Below are positions 57,816 to 64,000 of a DNA stretch of 64,000 nt, piece by piece; within the stretch, counting starts at the first letter, position 1; each line of letters begins with the position of its first letter. The DNA lies in the NCBI GenBank assembly GCA_029260905.1, contig JAJDCH010000010.1, positions 13,027 to 77,026 of the forward strand, in the 5' to 3' direction. The notes below the pieces were generated by a model. That model had not been told where the DNA came from, did not search any database, and worked only from the letters and a program-made list of their open reading frames with translations. The DNA comes from Candidatus Levyibacteriota bacterium. GTDB lineage: Bacteria > Patescibacteriota > Microgenomatia > Levybacterales > UBA12049. Both the position numbers and the translations under genes were made by a program.

Positions 57816-60386
57816 TTAACTGGTTGCTTTTTTTGAAGCCTGTTTCTCTTGATTGTCTTTCTCCGTTTTGATTGATGCAGAATTGGAGGCATTGGTTGCC
57901 AGACATGTAGCGGATGCAACCCCGTCTGATGCATTTGAGAAGCGCATAAGTATCACTCCCTGTGTATCGCGGGAAAGTTTTGGAACATCTTTCATTTCAA
58001 GTTTGACGATTTGTCCCTTGGTAGATGTGATAATTATTTCTTCACATCCTGTTGGCACGACTTGGGCTGTAACGACTGGGCCTGTTTTTGGAGTAACTTT
58101 TGCAACTTTTACTCCTTGTCCACCTCTTCCCTGGAGCGGGAATTGGGACATCAATGTTTTTTTACCAAGACCATTTTCCATAATTGTCAAAATTTCTGCA
58201 TTATCACCTTTGGTAATAACATCCATGCCAACTACTCTATCTGATGAGTCAATTTTAATTCCCCTTACACCTGATGTTGCCCTACCCATAGCTCGTACTT
58301 GTTCTTCAGAAAATTTGATAGCTTTTCCTTTCTTGGTAACTATAAGTACCTGATCTGTGCCACTTGTTATATTGCTCCAGACCAGCTCATCGCCTTTTCC
58401 AAGTTTGATTGCAATCATTCCTGATTTGCGAATGTTATCAAATTCTTTTAATTTACTCTTTTTGACAGTACCATTGACTGTTGCCAGGAAGATATTTCCG
58501 GATTTTACATTTTTATCCATTACTACAAATGATTCTACTTTTTCGCCTTGCTCGATGTTGAGAAGGTTTACAATAGCTGAGCCCTTACTGGTTCTTGATG
58601 ATTCTGAGATTTCATAAGCACGAAGCGCGTATGCCTTTCCCTTGTTGGTAAAAAAGATTATATTGTCATGTGTTTGGGCATAGCGAATATGGGTAATGGT
58701 GTCTTCATCTTTGACATTCATGCCGGTTATTCCCTTTCCTCCCCTATGTTGAGTGTGAAAAGACGTCAGTGATTGTCTTTTGATATAACCCGTATTGGTT
58801 AAAGTGATGACAGTTGGCTCATTGGCGATTAGGTCTTCTTCAGAGAACTCACCGACCTTGCCTTTATAAACCTTGGTGCGTCTTGGGTCTGCGTATTTTT
58901 CTCTCAACTTTAAAATTTCAGTTTTTATGACATCCATGATTTTTTCAGGACGAGCTAGAAGATCTTCAAGATAAGCAATTGTTTCTTTAACCATCATCAG
59001 TTCGTCTTCTATTTTTTGTCTTTCAAGCGCAGCTAAGCGTCTTAGCTGCATATCAAGAATTGCAACTGATTGTATTTCTGAGAGTTTGAATCTTTTAATT
59101 AAGTTTTGTTTGGCTTCTTCTTGATCTTTTGATTCACGTATCGTTTTAATAACTGCGTCAATATTGTCAACTGCTATTTTGAGTCCCTCAAGAATATGAA
59201 GTCTTGCTTCTGCTTGTCTTAGTTCGTATTCTGATCTTTTTTTAATAATTATGTAGCGATGCTTGATGTATTCATCAAGAATAAGTTTGAGATTAAGAAT
59301 TTGTGGCGTTCCATTCACAAGCGCTACCATATTAACCGGGAAGCTTGTCTGCATCGAGGTTAATTTGAAAAGATTATTAAGTACTTTTTTGGGATATGAA
59401 TCTCTTTTTAGTTCAATATAAATTCTCATACCCCTTCTATCTGATTCATCTCTAAGATCAGAAATACCGTCAATTTTTTTGTCTTTAGCTAGATCTGCAA
59501 TTCTTGCAATAAGAAGCGCCTTGTTTACTTGATATGGAAGCTCGGTTACTATGATTGCTGATTTACCTTGTCCAATCTCTTCTATTTCGGCTTTTCCTCT
59601 AATAATTATTTTTCCACGACCGTTCACATATGCATTTCTTATTTCTGTTTGATCGTAAATCGCGCCAGCTGTTGGGAAATCAGGTCCTTTTATAAACTCA
59701 AGCAATTCATCGATTGTTGCATCGCTTACAAAATGAGGCGTTCCATCTGGATTTGTTGTTTCTGTCTTTCCAGATTTTGCAACTCTTGTTTTGCTGATTA
59801 GATAGATGATTGCATCAATTAACTCTCCCAGATTATGAGGTGGGATCTTGGTTGCCATACCAACAGCAATTCCTTCTGCTCCCATTAAAAGAAGATTTGG
59901 AAGTTTTGCTGGAAGATAGACTGGCTCATCTCGCGTGTTGTCAAAGGTTGGTGCATAGTCAACTGTTTCTTTGTCAATGTCAACAAGCATCTCGGCTGTA
60001 ATTGCCTGCATTTTGGCCTCTGTATAACGCATAGCAGCTGGAGGATCACCATCAACTGATCCGAAGTTTCCCTGACCATGAATAAGTGGGTATCTAACTG
60101 AAAAATCCTGTGCTAAACGTACCATAGCATCATAAATCGCTGTATCACCGTGAGGGTGGTAGTTTCCCATAACTTCACCAACCACCTTTGCGCTTTTGAG
60201 AAATTTGGAGGTGTGTGTGAGCCCCATCTCGTGCATAGCATAAAGAATTCTTCTATGAACTGGTTTGAGTCCGTCGCGTACATCAGGCAAAGCACGCGCG
60301 ACAATAACAGACATCGCATAGTTCAAATACGATTTCTTCATTTCCTCTGTCAGGTTTGTTGGTTGTAATTTACCTATTTGTGCCAT
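57816..60386 (-). CDS. gyrA: DNA gyrase subunit A
   Basis: '[29 protein letters not shown]' and GyrA-box beta-pinwheel repeats. There is a low-complexity C-terminal tail. The start is chosen at the Met that avoids overlap with ppa. Confidence 0.9.
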   Translation of the reverse strand: MAQIGKLQPTNLTEEMKKSYLNYAMSVIVARALPDVRDGLKPVHRRILYAMHEMGLTHTSKFLKSAKVVGEVMGNYHPHGDTAIYDAMVRLAQDFSVRYPLIHGQGNFGSVDGDPPAAMRYTEAKMQAITAEMLVDIDKETVDYAPTFDNTRDEPVYLPAKLPNLLLMGAEGIAVGMATKIPPHNLGELIDAIIYLISKTRVAKSGKTETTNPDGTPHFVSDATIDELLEFIKGPDFPTAGAIYDQTEIRNAYVNGRGKIIIRGKAEIEEIGQGKSAIIVTELPYQVNKALLIARIADLAKDKKIDGISDLRDESDRRGMRIYIELKRDSYPKKVLNNLFKLTSMQTSFPVNMVALVNGTPQILNLKLILDEYIKHRYIIIKKRSEYELRQAEARLHILEGLKIAVDNIDAVIKTIRESKDQEEAKQNLIKRFKLSEIQSVAILDMQLRRLAALERQKIEDELMMVKETIAYLEDLLARPEKIMDVIKTEILKLREKYADPRRTKVYKGKVGEFSEEDLIANEPTVITLTNTGYIKRQSLTSFHTQHRGGKGITGMNVKDEDTITHIRYAQTHDNIIFFTNKGKAYALRAYEISESSRTSKGSAIVNLLNIEQGEKVESFVVMDKNVKSGNIFLATVNGTVKKSKLKEFDNIRKSGMIAIKLGKGDELVWSNITSGTDQVLIVTKKGKAIKFSEEQVRAMGRATSGVRGIKIDSSDRVVGMDVITKGDNAEILTIMENGLGKKTLMSQFPLQGRGGQGVKVAKVTPKTGPVVTAQVVPTGCEEIIITSTKGQIVKLEMKDVPKLSRDTQGVILMRFSNASDGVASATCLATNASNSASIKTEKDNQEKQASKKATS

Positions 60387-60397
60387 AACGTCTTTTA

Positions 60398-60940
60398 CTA
60401 TTTGGAGAAACCCTCTTCTTTGAAGCGAGCGATACATTCATGGATGATCTTCTTCGCATCATTCACATCTCCCCAGCCAAGAACTTTGGTAGTTCCAGGT
60501 TTTTTAAGATCTTTGTAGTGAGCGAAATGAAACTCTATTTTTTGCATCCATCTTTTTCCAAGATCATCTATGGTTTTAATACTGTCACCAGTGTCTCGGT
60601 CATCTTCTGGAACACAGACAATTTTGTAATCCATTTCCCCGTCATCTTCAAAATTGAAAATACCAATAATTTTTGCATGCACTAGCACTCCAGTCGGGAT
60701 TGGCTCTGAGCAAACAACTAATACATCTAGTTCGTCGCCATCAGTGTCTTTTGTCGCAGGAATAAATCCATAATTTACAGGTTTGGGAAAGATAGATGGT
60801 TCTGCCCGATCAAGCATGAAGATACCGTGTTCACGGTCGTATTCTATTTTAAGAGTTGATCCTTCAGGAATATCTACAATTGCATTAATAAGACCTTCAT
60901 CAATTTGTCCTGGAGTAAGTATTTTATTAAAATCTGGCAT
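60398..60940 (-). CDS. ppa: inorganic pyrophosphatase (family I)
   Basis: '[13 protein letters not shown]', '[19 protein letters not shown]' and other family-I PPase motifs. Confidence 0.9.
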   Translation of the reverse strand: MPDFNKILTPGQIDEGLINAIVDIPEGSTLKIEYDREHGIFMLDRAEPSIFPKPVNYGFIPATKDTDGDELDVLVVCSEPIPTGVLVHAKIIGIFNFEDDGEMDYKIVCVPEDDRDTGDSIKTIDDLGKRWMQKIEFHFAHYKDLKKPGTTKVLGWGDVNDAKKIIHECIARFKEEGFSK

Positions 60941-60985
60941 ATATTTATTATAAATTATAACACAGTAACAACCTCAGACATTTAT

Positions 60986-62953
<1,968 letters not shown>

Positions 62954-63039
62954 TTATTATCTATCCATAATATACTAAACCAGATACAATTTCAAGCAGT
63001 TTGCTTTTTGTCAAATATTTCAACTAGACTATATGTCAT

Positions 63040-63195
63040 ATGAGTGAAGACTATATAGAAGTTGCAGAGCGTAAGGGTTTAACTCTTACCAGAGATTCAA
63101 AGAAGTTTTTAGTGAAATGGAGTAACTCCTTGCGTAAAACAGCTAAGGATATGGGTTTGGGGTTTGGTAAATTGATTTTGTCTAAGCAGAAATAA
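63040..63195 (+). CDS. possible small ORF of 51 aa
   Basis: 'MSEDYIEVAERKGLTLTRDSKKFLVKWSNSLRKTAKDMGLGFGKLILSKQK' lies in the 263-bp spacer upstream of 63213. There is no homology evidence. Confidence 0.2.
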   Translation: MSEDYIEVAERKGLTLTRDSKKFLVKWSNSLRKTAKDMGLGFGKLILSKQK

Positions 63196-63212
63196 ATGAA
63201 AAAAGAAAACCA

Positions 63213-63560
63213 ATGAAAGATTTGATATTAAAAATTTTGGAAGAAATTAACTTCAACGAGGATAAAGATGAGTTTGTAAATCAATTTTTAGAAAATATTA
63301 AAATCCAAACTATTATTGACTTGTTTGAGCTTTTGACCGATAAGGAAAAGGAAAAATTTAAGTCTGAGCTGACTGAAAATTCAGATTCTTCTACATCTAT
63401 AAACATTGTTTTGAATAAATTTTTTTCTGATGACCAGATTGGTAAGGCAGTTGAGGGTGCTGCCAAAAATGCTATTTCTGACTGGATGGAGATGATTGGA
63501 CCTGCTCTTGATGATGACCAAAGGCAAAAGCTTCTTAGTGTTTCAGCCTCTCTTGTTTAA
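63213..63560 (+). CDS. hypothetical acidic protein
   Basis: 115 aa with no motif I recognise. Confidence 0.3.
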   Translation: MKDLILKILEEINFNEDKDEFVNQFLENIKIQTIIDLFELLTDKEKEKFKSELTENSDSSTSINIVLNKFFSDDQIGKAVEGAAKNAISDWMEMIGPALDDDQRQKLLSVSASLV

Positions 63561-63633
63561 CAATAAAATTATTTAGTCTAATGATTTAGATTATTAGACT
63601 ATTGCTTGATAGTATTAAATTGTATGTTATCAT

Positions 63634-63975
63634 ATGGATATGAAGATAGGTGGGGATTTAACACAGAAAAAATGTGTGCCTTGCGAGGGTGGTGTAAAGC
63701 CCCTGACGCCGGATGAGTACGGTGCATATTTGCGTAACGAATTGGATGGATGGGTTGATATTGATGGGATGAAAATTGAGAAGGAATATAAATTTAAAAA
63801 CTTCAGAGAAGCTTTGGGGTTTGTAAATCGCGTTGGTCAGATTGCGGAGTCAGAGGGTCATCACCCAGACATCAATCTGTATGGCTGGAATAAGGTAAAA
63901 TTAACGCTCTCAACTCATGCAATCGGCGGCCTGTCAGAAAACGATTTTATTCTAGCTTCAAAGATTGATAGTTAA
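63634..63975 (+). CDS. pterin-4a-carbinolamine dehydratase (PCD/DCoH)
   Basis: 'ESEGHHPDINLYGWNKVKLTLSTHAIGGLSENDFILASKID' is the PCD signature. Confidence 0.8.
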   Translation: MDMKIGGDLTQKKCVPCEGGVKPLTPDEYGAYLRNELDGWVDIDGMKIEKEYKFKNFREALGFVNRVGQIAESEGHHPDINLYGWNKVKLTLSTHAIGGLSENDFILASKIDS

Positions 63976-64000
63976 GTTTACATATATATTTACAATTAAG

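Overview
The window is AT-rich and gene-dense, with short intergenic spacers and genes on both strands. It looks like a small-genome bacterium of the Candidate Phyla Radiation (Patescibacteria) type, which is my inference from several signs: many divergent or domain-trimmed housekeeping proteins, numerous small transmembrane proteins of unknown function, and a streamlined gene complement. Long ORFs translate cleanly with the standard code, so code 11 is assumed.

Recognisable content: ychF, a ribosomal-protein S6/SSB/S18 operon, the proteases CtpA and HtrA, prfA, rpmE, hisS, pepP, dnaB, efp, rluA, yebC, xerC/D-like recombinase, gyrB-ppa-gyrA, folD, and one tRNA-Leu(CAA). There is a cell-wall cluster of a MurF-like ligase, an alpha/beta hydrolase, a DegT aminotransferase and a FemAB-family protein. 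There is also a cluster of pyrimidine and arginine genes: pyrE, pyrF, pyrD, a CodA-like amidohydrolase, an ornithine carbamoyltransferase, and argG fused to an MGS-like domain. Other genes include a TreT-like GT4 glycosyltransferase, an ABC transporter, and MFS and DMT transporters.

The observations I rate highest:
1. A three-part module just downstream of tRNA-Leu: a signal-peptide 7TM protein followed by a RimK-like ATP-grasp amidoligase fused to a retropepsin-like (D-T-G-A) domain.
2. A 1.1-kb single-gene insertion at the 3' end of ychF. It is flanked by an in-frame, stop-terminated 29-36 bp duplication of the last ychF codons.
3. A 1.06-kb ORF-free stretch, unusual in this compact genome, that carries dispersed imperfect repeats and lies near the xerC/D-like recombinase.
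4. ArgG fused to a C-terminal MGS-like domain.
5. A protein made of three tandem CxxC zinc-ribbon repeats.

All functional calls come from motif recognition by eye. No database search was run, and coordinates of short motifs may be off by a base or two.
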